A stretch of DNA of 64,000 nt from Octopus vulgaris (GCA_951406725.2 OX597816.1:103168001-103232000), one strand, 5' to 3'. Positions 1-11,517 are shown, counted from the stretch's first letter. The notes: generated by a model not told the origin, from the sequence alone. Numbers and translations: made by a program.

Positions 1-7
1 GTTTCAG

Positions 8-145
8 TTTTCTGATAAGTCTGGTGATGGTGAAGGTATGAATTTAAAACTGCCAAACGATGTTTACAACCGGTTACGTGTGCACAGTTCTGCCATGAAT
101 AAACGTTTCAACAAAGTCCATGAAAAGAAAGAACATTCTACAGCT
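8..145 (+). CDS. RIOK3: RIO kinase 3, internal exon 1 of 7 in window (gene starts upstream of window)
   Basis: ttcag|TTT...GCT|gtatgt; 46 codons FSDKSGDGEGMNLKLPNDVYNRLRVHSSAMNKRFNKVHEKKEHSTA matching the RIOK3-specific GDG.GM.LKL.N...HEKKEHSTA segment; phase 0/0. Confidence 0.92.
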
Positions 146-175
146 GTATGTAGCTTTTTTTTATCATTATTATTA

Positions 176-400
176 AGGTGGTAAGCTGGCAGGATCGTTA
201 GCATGCCATGCAAAATGCTTAGTGGCATTTCATCTGTCCTTATGTTTTGAGTTCAAATTCCACTGAAGAAAGCTTTGCCATTCATCCTTTCAGGGTCGAT
301 GAAATAAGCACCAGTTATACTCTGGGGTTGATGTAATCGACTAGCTCCCTCTCTCCCAAATTTCAAGCCTTGTGCTTATAGTAGAAAGGATTATTATTAT
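176..400 (+). mobile_element. tRNA-derived SINE family A, CpG-eroded copy
   Basis: Head GGTGGTAAGCTGGCAGGATCGTTAGCA, B-box GAGTTCAAATTCC, central GCCATTCATCCTTTCAGGGTCGATGAAATAAGCACCAG, (ATT)n tail; more than 20 copies in window. Confidence 0.85.
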
Positions 401-487
401 TTATTTGAATTTGTCAGTGGAAGATGTTCGTTAAGGTCAGGAGATTTCAGAACAGTTCATAAGTGTGTATATATATATATAATATAA

Positions 488-1020
488 TCATTTAGCATCT
501 GTTATCCATGTTGGCATTGGTTGGAAGGTTTGACCAAGCTTAGTAAGCTGAGAGGTTGCACCAGTTTGATTTGGCATGGTTTCTATGGCTGGATGCCCTT
601 CCTAATGCCAACCACTCTGAGAGTGTAATGGGTGCTTTTATATGCTACTGGCACGAGTGCCAGTTGTGTTACACCAGTATCTGCCACAACTATGATTTCA
701 CTTGGCTTGATGGGTCTTCTTCTCAAGCACAGCATATTGCCAAAGATCTTGATCACTTGTCATTACCTCTATGAGGCCCAGCACTTGAAAGCTGCTGTTT
801 ACATGCCACCAGCATGGATACAAGTTATGCAACACTGGCATCAGCCACTTTGCTTCTGGGAGGCTCAATGTTTGAAAGGTGCTTTTTACATCACCCAGCA
901 TGGGTACCAGTTATGTGACACTAACAATGGCCACAACTATCATTTCACTTAGATTGATGGGTCTTCTCAAGCACAGCATATCTCCAAAGGTCTCAGTCAC
1001 TAGTCATTGCCTCTGAAACC
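488..1020. repeat. Interspersed repeat family C (GGATGCCCTTCCTAATGCCAACCAC motif) with internal duplication
   Basis: Shared with 8755-8985, 10361-10865 and 17134-17315; resembles a non-LTR retroelement-derived tail. Confidence 0.7.
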
Positions 1021-1072
1021 AGTCATGTCAATAAACATCTTTAAAAGACCTCTGCATTTTCAAACCCTCTTT

Positions 1073-1126
<54 letters not shown>

Positions 1127-1579
1127 CTTTTTGTAAAATATATAGAAAGAAATGCAATTTTCAAAGGCAAATTCACCTCAAAACCTGATACTCATTAACA
1201 GTGTTAGTCAAAATTCTTATAAAGTAAAACAAATGCTTCCTTACTGAAGATTCTTATGTAGGAACACAAGAGAAGGAGAGTAACTTATTCCTGCTTTTCA
1301 AACAAAAAAAGGCCTTTTCAAATGCCTTCAGTAGAACTTTAAAAGAAAACTGGGTTGACGTATAGAAGGATGTGATTCCATCAACCACAACAATATATGA
1401 CAATATCTGCTTGGTTTTCAAGATTGAGGATGAAACAAGACAATAAGCTCTTTGGTCTGCCTGGCAAGCTGCCCATAAGTTCATTATGATAATACACAGG
1501 GCAACACAACATATGGGTAAATAGTCAAGGTAATTAATAGTGACATTGTCTGTCTAGTTCAAAGTGATATTGATAGCAT

Positions 1580-2560
1580 GAGTGCAGAGGTCAAGAGAAG
1601 TATGAAATCAGTATGAACTTAGAAGTTCAAATGACTACCCCTGTCACCATTACAAAAAAAAAACAAAAAAACACGGGACCACTCTGGAGCTGAGTCCTAC
1701 TATGGATACAAAAACAATACTAGTGGTGCAGAGCAGAAAGCCAAGCTGTTACACTTGTGGTTGTAAGAACCACTTGAAGCATCTGCAAAGAAATTTGGAT
1801 GATAAGCAGGTATGCTGCTCTTTGAATGTTCCTTTCCAACAGCTTGTCTCTCTGATGAAACTAGTCTTGAATTGTGTAAACTCCAAGCCTGGCATCTGGC
1901 ATCAGGAATGCTGTCAAGTGTTTATCACTGTTTATCAAGTTGAGCAATGTGGCCAGTAGAACTTTCCTCATTAGCACTCTCCAGAGAATTAGTAGTGGGG
2001 AAAAGCAGTAATGTTTTCAAGGAAATTGTGAATCAATTAGCTGATCTGTTCAGGACTTCCATGCTAAAATTATGGATAACTTTCAGATATTCTTATCTTG
2101 GAAATGCTACCACAAGTGGTGGTAGTGGTGGTGAAAAATTACTGGTTTGAGATAAATTTTACAAACATGAATTTTCTGTGAATTTGGCCTGTTTGAATTG
2201 TGCGCAGAATGGGTTCATTAAAACCCATTCTGCATGCACTCATTCAGCTTCTGAGATTGCTGAGTTGTGGAATTTTATTGAACAACAATTGGCTCAGTTG
2301 ATTTGGTCATCAACTAAATCTGTCCTGAAGATCACCTTGCTGTCTTCCTCTGGCTGTGAATGGCAAGTGGTTGTCTGGTGCCTATGGTAAAAGAGGCTTT
2401 GTTGTGAACATGACTGGAAACACTGAGGATTCTTTGGCTAAGCAAGTTCCACTTGCTCTCCAGTAAATTTGCTGAAAGTTGTGTGAGGGTAATGACCTGG
2501 CTAGATAAACTAACACTCAGCATTTGTGTGTTGGCTGGAAAATGACAACTTGAAGAGAGC
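1580..2560 (+). mobile_element. Decayed L1/Tx1-like LINE relic (ORF1 zinc knuckle plus ORF2 C-terminal remnants)
   Basis: 1685-1790 reads ELSPTMDTKTILVVQSRKPSCYTCGCKNHLK, similar to ELVLPDETRLRVVVEGRFPICYNCRNRGHMQ of ORF1 at 35704; IAELWNFIEQQL near 2255. Confidence 0.5.
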
Positions 2561-2779
2561 ACTTATCCTTGGTAATCAATGTAATCCTGAACTTAGGGAC
2601 CTTGATTTTCCCTACATAGTGATGCTCTTCTTTGAACATTAACGTACACCTGCAACATTGTATGCTATTACTTTCAGTTTATTTCACCCAGTTTCAGTGT
2701 AAACCTCCACATTTTTGTAAACTGTCCTTGTAATGTTCATTCATCTGTCATATAGTGGTGATAAAAGAACTGATTATTC

Positions 2780-3180
2780 TTGTGGCAAGAACAGTTTGTT
2801 GGTAGATTTGTGTTTTGAACAAAGTGCCTTGCAGTATTTAGTTATAGCCCTTTGCATTCTGAAGTTAACTTAACCTTTCATTATTTATATAAAATATTGA
2901 GCAATGAAGCTCTGGGGTCACTGAAAATGAGTGTTCTCTCCCTACCAAAATTTCTAGCCTTGTACCTATATAAGAAATTGTTAGGGTAGTATTAAGAAAG
3001 TGCAAAACTAAATACCTAATGGTATTTAATTCTGTCATTTTGCATTCTGAGTTTATATTCTATGGAGACTGACTAACTTTCATATTTCTGGGGTTAATAA
3101 AGTACTAGTCATTTTCTGAGTTTACTTTACAGCCCTGTAAATTGTTGCCTTGTGGCATATATTTGCCATTATTATTAGTT
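2780..3180 (+). mobile_element. Two highly decayed family A SINEs
   Basis: Remnant ttctgagtt...actttcat...ggggt...aaatttctagccttgtacctata pattern, present twice. Confidence 0.5.
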
Positions 3181-3203
3181 GTATTTCTATTTCTAAATTT
3201 CAG

Positions 3204-3391
3204 ATAGAAGCTATTGATCATGATACACATCTCATTCTTTTCCAAATGATTAACAATGGCATTTTTGAGAAAAATCTAGGAATTGTCTCTACTGGTAAAG
3301 AATCTATTGTTTTGTATTGTGATGCTGGAGAAAATCTGGCTTCATATATGGAAACCAAGTTCACAAAAGAGAATAATTTACCAATGTCTGG
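3204..3391 (+). CDS. RIOK3: RIO kinase 3, exon 2 (winged-helix end, P-loop STGKES)
   Basis: tttcag|ATA...TCT GG|gttagt; IEAIDHDTHLILFQMINNGIFEKNLGIVSTGKESIVLYCDAG...; phase 0/2. Confidence 0.92.
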
Positions 3392-3456
3392 GTTAGTGAC
3401 TCTTTGCTTTTTTTCCTGATGCTGGCAAAATTACATTCATTTTTGTGTTTTTTGTG

Positions 3457-3577
3457 TAGTTGTTGTTTATCCCCAGGTCAATTCTGATTGAAGGGACCTC
3501 TGATCTAAGGCATTTTAGTTGTGAACATCCTGTCTTATAGATCTATCTATTGGAGATCTATCTAATGTGTCATTTCC
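3457..3577. repeat. Interspersed repeat family D (GTTGTTGTTT..CCCCAGGTCAA..CTGAT...GATCAAAGGCATT...), unclassified
   Basis: Related segments at ~14840-14945(-), 16120, 19122, 20245-20330(-), 44540-44715, 45615-45675, 47368-47578, 49850-50030 and 59660-59985. Confidence 0.55.
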
Positions 3578-4591
3578 TCTATTGATGATAGTGGGGCATA
3601 ATTTGAAGATTTGATTTCCAGTCAATTGAGTGACCTTGTGAAAGCTCCTTTATTCCTTTACAAATATTGGGTTCTGATTTTATATATGTAGATGGTACTG
3701 GTCTTTTTATTGTATGTTGAATAGACCGTGTGCCCAGAGCCCGAGGATTGCTTGGAGGCACAAGGTATGTTATAAAAACCTACCAAGACCCGTGTATCCA
3801 CTGCAAGAAATTTTCAGTAAACTATATATTTTCTGAGGTTAATAAAGCACTAATCATATCTTGAGTCAATTGTATGACATTCCAAAATTGTTGTCTTGTG
3901 ACATATATGTAATTTTACTTTCTGCAATTTTTCACTTAACATATAATTCTCGGTTTGAAATGTTCACTATAGCTACTCTAGTGAGCCAACAGCCCATTAG
4001 TGTCTAGGTTAGTGAAGCTGTTGTAATGGTTGAATATTTTGTTGGTATGTAGCTTAAAATAGTTATTATCCAGTGATATCTTGTTAACATGTAGTTTAAT
4101 GTAGCTGTTAGTGGGTATTTATGTTGGTGTTGCTATTGTAGTGGGTGTCATCTTGTTAGATTGGAGGTGGTGCTATATTTTGTGTTGTGAATCTGTAGTA
4201 GGTTTTGTAGCACTTTTGTGTAACCCAGTGAAGCAGCATGTTGAGAGAGAGATATAGATGGGTAGATTTGTTTAGAAAAATAAGATATATAATTATATTT
4301 ATCAGGAATAATCTTCAAAAGTTGCACATCATCAATGGCGGTGCTCCAGCATGGTTACAGTCAAATGACTGAAACAAGTAAAAGAGTATCTCCAAGCATA
4401 TTTTATTGCTTAATCAGGGAGGGAAGGGCAGTGTTTGTTTTTTTTCTTTTTCTAATCTTTTTCTTCTTCTCTGAGACTGTTGGACAGAAGGGAAGAAGTT
4501 ATGTTCAACTCAGAACCCAGTTCAAATGCTTGCATTTGTGTGATTCCACTAAAGGCACCTGAGAACCAATACCAGGTGTTAAACCAGGCGA

Positions 4592-4948
4592 TTACTCTTT
4601 TTACTCTTCACTCTTTTACTTGTTTCAGTCATTTGACTGTGGTCATGCTGGAGCACCACCTTTAGTCGAGCAAATCGACCCCAGGACTTATTCTTTGTAA
4701 GCCTAGTACTTATTCTAGTGAATGTTGTCAAGTGATGTTGGGGGGGGGGGACACACATAAACATACACACACACATATGTATACAATGGGCTTCTTTCAG
4801 TTTCCGTCTACCAAATCCACTTTCAAGGCTTTGGTTGGCTCGAGGTTATATTAGAAGACACTTGCCCAAGGTGCCACGCAGTGGGACTGAACCCGGAACC
4901 ATGTGGTTCGTAAGCAAGCTACTTACCACACAGCCACTCCTACACCTA
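4592..4948 (-). mobile_element. tRNA-derived SINE family B (CORE-like central domain)
   Basis: Reverse complement: GGAGTGGCTGTGTGGTAAGTAGCTTGC...GGGTTCAGTCCCACTGCGTGGCACCTTGGGCAAGTGTCTTCTA...GACTGAAACAAGTAAAAGAG. Confidence 0.85.
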
Positions 4949-5184
4949 TTGTTCATGTTTACTAACCAAGTGGGCCACAGTGAGATTTGAATTCAAAGTT
5001 AGTTTTAATTTAGTTTTTAAAATAGATCACTAGTGAAAGGGTCACTCAAAAGCTCAAATATGACCACCACTGAAGTCAACTCTCTCTCGGTTGTGCTTTT
5101 TATCATGCTTTGTGATATATATTTTGAACGTTGTGTTTATGACATTTAGCATTGACCAGTTTAAACTATGCCTACTACATATGT

Positions 5185-5640
5185 AGTAGGCATAGTTAAG
5201 TAGGTTAAGTTTGTTTTGCAACTACTTGGTTTAGAGTTCTTTTGCACTCTATGGCACCTTGAGCAAATTATCTTCTACTATAGCCTTAAGCAGAGAAATA
5301 TCTTAAAAGTGAAATTTGTTCAGTTTCCACCTAAAGTTTTATAAAAGCCCCATTATATTTATATATGTGCATGTATGTCAGTGTGTGTGTTCAAATGTTG
5401 CTTATCATCATTCTGATAGTGTTTGAGCAAAAACGGTGACCCTTATTTACATCAGTTAGAAGCTGTACATCTTGTAACTTGGCTGTTTCGATTTTTGAAG
5501 ACCAGTGAGATGAAAATACCTTTCTTTGAAAACAAGTAAAAATTAGCAAGGGGACAAGCATCTAGCTGTAGAATACTGTCTTCATAAGTCTCATTCAACC
5601 TATGTAGCTTGCCAAGGCTGACATAAAAAACAATGATTAT
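5185..5640 (+). mobile_element. Old family B-related SINE, decayed
   Basis: ggcaccttgagcaaattatcttctactatagcc CORE-like block; (ATG)n-like tail. Confidence 0.55.
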
Positions 5641-5883
5641 GATGATATTATTTTTAGCTACAGGTATAATTGTTAGTCATAAGTATAAACGCTTTGTGAT
5701 GAAATTGTGAGACTGCTGCTTGTTGGAGGTTATTCAACACTGTGAAAGGTCATCTTTGTTGGAACTTGGTGATAGTTTTAATGCTGATTGAATTTGTGCA
5801 AAATAAATATTGTTTTAATAAAAAAAAGTTAAATGTTCTTTTGTAAAGTTTTAAACATATAAATTTATGATTTGCTTCTCTAG

Positions 5884-6066
5884 AGATTCAGAGACGTGCC
5901 CTAAGGTGTGTGCCATTAAAGTATTTAAAACCTCATTAAGTAAATTCAAAAACCGAAAGGAATACTTTGTTGGTGACAGTCGGTTTAAGGAAAAAGCTAT
6001 GCGAAGACAGAATCCACGTAAAGTGATAAGAAATTGGTCGAAAAAGGAAGCTGCTAACTTACACAG
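5884..6066 (+). CDS. RIOK3: RIO kinase 3, exon 3 (AIKVFK lysine, flexible loop)
   Basis: ctctag|A GAT...CAC AG|gtatc; CAIKVFKTSLSKFKNRKEYFVGDSRFKEK...NPRKVIRNWSKKEAANLHR; phase 2/2 joins exon 2 in frame. Confidence 0.95.
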
Positions 6067-6487
6067 GTATCATTGATTCTATATCTTTTTTTATAACACT
6101 CATACTTTACCAAAGTTAAAGGTGCTTGTTATATAATCCTCTGTTCAAACATCATAACTGTTTTGTGTTGGTAAATTTGATTGTTTGTCAATTTGAACAG
6201 TTAATTTGCTATAAATGCCATGCAACAGTAAAAACAATTGTTCCAGTAAGTATGCATATGTGCAGATTTGTAAAATCTGTCATGTAGTTGCTATGGAAAA
6301 TTGAATGTAAAACTACAATTTTTCCTCTCTGTTGATCTTAATTTGTAATGAAACCTTGTGTGGGTCTTTGCTGGAGTGGTAGAATAGACTAGTAAAGTTA
6401 GGTCTATTTTACTACTCTGGCAAAGATTCACTCAAAGCTGTAGAACAGAACAGTTTTTGTTGGGGCTGTGGGTTGCAAAAGAGTTTG

Positions 6488-7402
6488 CTGTGGTTGTGGG
6501 ATAGAACAGTCTTTATTGTAGTTGTGGGATAGAACAGTCTTTATTGTAGTTGTGGGATAGAACAGCCTTTACTGTGGTTGTGGGATGGAACAGTTTTTAC
6601 TGTGGTTGTGGGATGGAACAGCCTTTACTGTGGTTGTGGGATAGAACAGTCTTTATTGTGGTTGTGGGATAGAACAGGCTTTACTGTGGTTGTGGGATGG
6701 AACAGCCTTTACTGTGGTTGTGGGATGGAACAGTTTTTACTGTGGTTGTGGGATGGAACAGCCTTTACTGTGGTTGTGGGATAGAACAGCCTTTACTGTG
6801 GTTGTGGGATAGAACAGCCTTTACTGTGGTTGTGGGATAGAACAGGCTTTACTGTGGTTGTGGGATAGAACAGCCTTTACTGTGGTTGTGGGGTAGAACA
6901 ACCTTTACTGTGGTTGTGGGTTAGAACAGTCTTTACTGTGGTTGTGGGATAGAACAGGCTTTTCTGTGGTTGTGGGATAAAACAGTCTTTACTGTGGTTG
7001 TGGGATAGAACAGTCTTTACTGTGGTTGTGGGATAGAACAGTCTTTACTGTGGTTGTGGGATAGAACAATCTTTATTGTGGTTGTGGGATAGAACAGTCT
7101 TTACTGTGGTTGTGGGATAGAACAGGCTTTTCTGTGGTTGTGGGATAGAACAGTCTTTACTGTGGTTGTGGGATAGAACAGCCTTTACTGTGGTTGTGGG
7201 AGAGAACAGCCTTTACTGTGGTTGTGGGATAGAACAGCCTTTACTGTGGTTGTGGGATAGAACAGCCTTTACTGTGGTTGTGGGAGAGAACAGCCTTTAC
7301 TGTGGTTGTGGGAGAGAACAGCCTTTACTGTGGTTGTGGGAGAGAACAGCCTTTACTGTGGTTGTGAGATAGAACAGCCTTTACTGTGGTTGTGGGATAG
7401 AA
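6488..7402. repeat. 28-bp minisatellite (~33 units) in RIOK3 intron
   Basis: Unit ACTGTGGTTGTGGGATAGAACAGCCTTT repeated head-to-tail, period 28 (e.g. ATAGAACAG at 6781 and 6809), no spacers. Confidence 0.97.
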
Positions 7403-7572
7403 GTCTTTGTTTGGGTTGAATGAAAAAAAAGTGCTTACTAATGAAATGATGCTCTTTGAATATGTTTTTTTTCTGTATCAAAAACAATGAGGTTGATGGG
7501 TGTTTGTTGAGTCTACGCCCTTCTGACAGTCATTATTAGAAAGTTGAAAATACCTTTGGTTTTTCTCTTCAG

Positions 7573-7732
7573 ATTAAGACGCTTTGGTATTCCATGTCCC
7601 ACACTAATTAGTTTGAAAAATCATGTCTTAGTCATGTCTTTTATTGGTCATGATCACCAAGCTGCACCAAAACTAAGAGATGCAAACTTCACTACAGAGG
7701 AATTGAAAAGTGCTTTTCAGCAAACATGTAAG
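7573..7732 (+). CDS. RIOK3: RIO kinase 3, exon 4
   Basis: cttcag|A TTA...AAG|gtatgg; LRRFGIPCPTLISLKNHVLVMSFIGHDHQAAPKLRD (RIO GIPCP / HVLVMSFIG / APKL motifs); phase 2/0. Confidence 0.95.
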
Positions 7733-8650
7733 GTATGGTTGTATGTTTATTCTAGATTGTTTTGATGCTGCTATTAATTTGTTTCATTAATTAAAACAGT
7801 AAATATGATTTAATTAAGGGTAACTGAATTGCAGTGAATATGTAGTATACACAGCCCAAGCAACACTGCACAGGTTCTAACATAGCACTGTTTGTGAATT
7901 ACTTCACCATGGTTAACAGTGAATATACAACCTGCGAGAACTCCTGTACCAAGTGACCTAGGCAGCAGCATTACAGCCACAACTTCGTACGACATGTACC
8001 GAACAGACACTGCATCATCCCCACAACTTCTTGATACAGTATTTCTATTACCGTGTACAATTAACTACGAACTGGTATTTCTCATTCTTGTGTCTATGAA
8101 CATTTGTCTAACTTTTCACTACAGACTCCTTGACTTTCTCCTTCATTGTTTTTCTTATATGTAGCACATGCTTACATCCATGCCCATACACACATACACT
8201 TTGTTCTCATGATGACCTTTCTACTATTCTGTATACATTATGCAAACACAGATACACATGTTAAGCTATCAATAAATCATCTCTCAAACATTCTACTCGG
8301 TTGTGTTTCTCTCTTTCCAACTGGCACATTACATGTATTATTCCAGTTGTCTGAACGGAGTCGTTATTAGATGGTTTCTGCACTTCACTGCGACCATCGA
8401 AAAATACATTGCAGTTGTTAGTGGAAGTGAGGCCCATGTTCTAGATAAACCACAAACCTACTTAATCATCACTCTTTTTACCCCATTTATTAAAATCACA
8501 ACATTGACAAAAGTCATTCAAGAAATTTGTAACTCTATTTGCGAAAAATGAAATTTCTTTCTTGCCAACCCAATAAGTTGTAACAAGCTAGAATTGCTCA
8601 GAGAACTTGGTCTACACACTATGAAGACATGGTTATATATATATATATAT

Positions 8651-8688
<38 letters not shown>

Positions 8689-8754
8689 TGAAGGCTAAAA
8701 AGTTTCAACATCACCTATAGGAATCAAGCCTTGTGTTTACTGTAAATTGTATAG

Positions 8755-8985
8755 CCATGTTGATCTATTAACATCCACTTTCCATGTTGTCATGGGTTAG
8801 ACGGTTTGACTGGAACTGGTAAGCTGGAGGGCTCCATCAGGTTCCAATCTGATTTGGCACAGTTTCTATGGCTGGATGCCCTTCTTAATGCCAACCACTC
8901 CAAGAGTGCAGTGGGTGCTTTTTACATGCCAGTGGCACAGGTGCCATTTACATGACATCGGCAACAGCCATGACTATGATTTCAT
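8755..8985. repeat. Repeat family C copy
   Basis: acatccactttccatg...ggatgcccttcttaatgccaaccactc...gtgggtgctttttac. Confidence 0.75.
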
Positions 8986-9117
8986 GGGTGCTATATCTTC
9001 AATTATGAATGTTATATTTAAAAACTGTCTGTAGTAAAATGAGTCTTGTAAGATGAAGTTGATAACTTAAGTGTGATTTCTTCAGTGAAATATTACTTTG
9101 CTTCTCTCTTTTCTTAG

Positions 9118-9288
9118 ATCTTGAGAGATATGTATCACAAGTGTAATTTAGTCCATGCTGATCTCAGTGAATATAATTTGTTGTGGCATGACAACATTGT
9201 GTGGGTAATAGACGTTAGCCAGTCTGTTGAGCTCAGCCATCCTTCAGCAATGGAATTTCTTCTGCGAGATTGTTTCAACGTTTGTAAA
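9118..9288 (+). CDS. RIOK3: RIO kinase 3, exon 5 (catalytic loop HADLSEYN, metal-binding IDVSQ)
   Basis: tcttag|ATC...AAA|gtaagt; [57 protein letters not shown]; phase 0/0. Confidence 0.97.
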
Positions 9289-9889
9289 GTAAGTATAGGA
9301 TTTTATCTGCTTGAATTTTGCTTATCTTACAGTGGATATCATGCAGCAAATGAACCAAACATTTAATAAAGTTGACAAATTTAAGCAAGTGTGTATGATG
9401 TAGGGAAAATGTGTATATGGAATTTGTAAAGTACATGGTGCTGTCTCAACTGTTATGATACCAGTTCATTGGAGACTGCCCTTCGTTCTAAATTTTTTGT
9501 TTCAAAGTGATTTAAATTAAATTTCCTGGAAATTTGTTTTAAATACCAGATAATTAATAACAAAATTCTTCATTATTTAAAAAAATTTATTGAAGCAAAA
9601 GCAGTGTATTTCAATAGAGAAAAAATAACAACAATAGAAAAAGGGCCAAACAGTTCTCCCTGGTAAAAGGCTTTGCTTTAAACACTAATATTCTAATCTC
9701 CCAAATAGCATCTAAACTTGTAGACAGTTCCTAACTTCAGTAAATGATTTTTGCCAATGCACCTTATTGTAAGTTTCCTCAAATTTATTCAAACTGCACT
9801 ACTTCTTAGATTTTCCATTCTACTCTATAAATATCTACAGATGTGATGTTATTGTCTTCAGTCTTTAATATTATTAGTTCCAACATTAT

Positions 9890-10310
9890 TGCAGTGAACT
9901 GACAGAATCATTAGCATGTTGGACAAAATGTTCAGTGGTATTTCTTCTGGCATAAAGAGCCAGAAGAGTTCAAATATTACTGAGGTTGACTTTGGCTTTC
10001 ATCCTTTCAGGGTCAGAAAATTGAATACCAGTTGAAAACTGGGGTCAATGTAATCAACAATATTCTTTCCTCTAAAATTGCTGGCCTTGTGCCAGAATTT
10101 GGAACCGTTATTAGTTTAACATTGAAGATAATGAGCTGGTAGAATTGTTAGCATGCCACTCAAAATGCTTAGCAGCATTCCTTCTGGTTTTATGTTCTGA
10201 GTTCAAGTTCTGCTGAGATCAGCTCTACGTTCCATATTTTTGGAGTTGATAAAATAAGTCCCAGCTGAGAAATTTCAGGCCTTGTGCCTATAGTAGAAAA
10301 GATTATTAGT
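9890..10310 (+). mobile_element. Two tandem family A SINEs, CpG-eroded
   Basis: gagttcaaatattactgaggttgactttggctttcatcctttcaggg and a second head at ~10130. Confidence 0.75.
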
Positions 10311-10360
10311 TCCATTTATTGACAATATGAAGTTGACATTTGACTTCCAAGTAGGTAGTG

Positions 10361-10865
10361 TCATCATCATTGTCATTTAATGTCTGTTTTCCTTGCTAGG
10401 TTGGATGGTTTGACTGAGGTCTGGAAAACCAGCGGCTTCAATCTGATCTGGCAATGTTTCTACAGCTAGATGCCCTTCCTAATGCCAACCACTCTGAGAA
10501 TGTATTGGGTACTTTTTATGTGCCACTGGCACAGGAGCCAGTCAGGCAGCCCTGGTATCAATCACATTTGGATAGTGCTTTTTATGTGTCACTGGCACGA
10601 GAGCCAGTCAAAGGGGCACTGGCATAAAGCATGTTTGGATGGTGCTTTTTATGTTCCACTGGCATTGGACATGCTTGGATGGTGGTTTTATGTGCCACCA
10701 GCACGAGAGCCAGTCAGGTGGCCCTGGCATCAATCACATTTAGGTAGTGCTTTTTACATGCCACCAGCACGGGAGCCAGTCAGGGAGCATTGGCATTGGC
10801 CATGTTTGATTGATGCTTTTTATGTGCTACTGGCATGGGAGCCAGTCAGGTGGCCCTGGCATCAA
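10361..10865. repeat. Repeat family C copy with internal tandem array (about six GGTGCTTTTTATGTGCCAC.GGCA.G.GAGCCAGTCAGG units)
   Basis: Repeated units visible between 10505 and 10862. Confidence 0.8.
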
Positions 10866-10884
10866 AAAACACAAAAATGAATGC

Positions 10885-11115
10885 AAGCTTCAATAATTTT
10901 TCATGAGTTGGCAAAGACGTGCATGATCTACTGCTGTCATGGTGGAACATGGTTCCTTTACGATTTGCTAATTCTGGTTATTTTTCTTCCAGTTTCATTA
11001 GTTGTTGACAGTAAACATCTCAAATGATCGTTTGGTTCCTTCGAAGCAGCTCAAAATACACAACACCTTTGTAATCCCACCAAATTGACAGTGTGACCTT
11101 TTTTTTGATGCAATC
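10885..11115 (-). mobile_element. mariner-type transposase fragment
   Basis: Reverse strand reads LHQKKVTLSIWWDYKGVVYFELL...DVYCQQLMKL...NRKGTMFHHDSSRSCTS (mariner WWD.KG / FHHDNARPHTS motifs), with stops. Confidence 0.8.
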
Positions 11116-11290
11116 CCATGACTAAAGGGGGTCAATCCCGTGACCAAAGGGAGTAAACTCAGTCCCTTAGCCATGGTTATGTCCTGTAATATAATATTTT
11201 TTTATTGTAATGTTGGGTTCTGTGACTAGTGGATTCTCCATAAAAGAAGTTTTTGAAAAATTAGCAGTAGCCGTGTTGGAGCTGAGTGGT

Positions 11291-11517
11291 TTAATTCTTT
11301 AGCATTTAGATTTTTTTGTCAAATGTAATTACTTATTAATTCACATTGTTTTGAATTAATCACACATTATCTTGTAGCTTCAAGATTTTAATGGTGTTTG
11401 TTTATTTTTAGACTGACATTGTAGGGTAGGTGTGAGAGCTTGGATCTGGTTAGTTTTAACAAAAAACAGGTAGAATATTTGGGATGGATGCGGCCGGATT
11501 AAATGCTAAAGAGTTAA
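11291..11517. mobile_element. TTAA-flanked MITE (piggyBac-like)
   Basis: TTAA-TTCTTTAGCATTTA ... TAAATGCTAAAGAG-TTAA terminal inverted repeats. Confidence 0.7.

Noticed and set aside
1840-1875. CTGATGA-AACTAGTC resembling the 48-kb hammerhead with stem II deleted
   Set aside because: No stem II or stem I can form, and it lies within a LINE relic; the short match may be chance.
6488-7402. CRISPR-like array (28-bp repeats)
   Set aside because: Units are contiguous with no unique spacers, no cas genes are present, and it lies in a eukaryotic intron; it is a minisatellite. ORFs 6578 and 7166 are repeat translations.
7810-8620. Possible decayed Penelope remnant in the RIOK3 intron (similar hints at 54300-54790 and 63340-63720)
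   Set aside because: Only compositional hints and fragmentary motifs; not enough to call without a profile search.
10470-10880. 136-aa W/H-rich ORF
   Set aside because: It is the translation of the internal tandem array of repeat family C.
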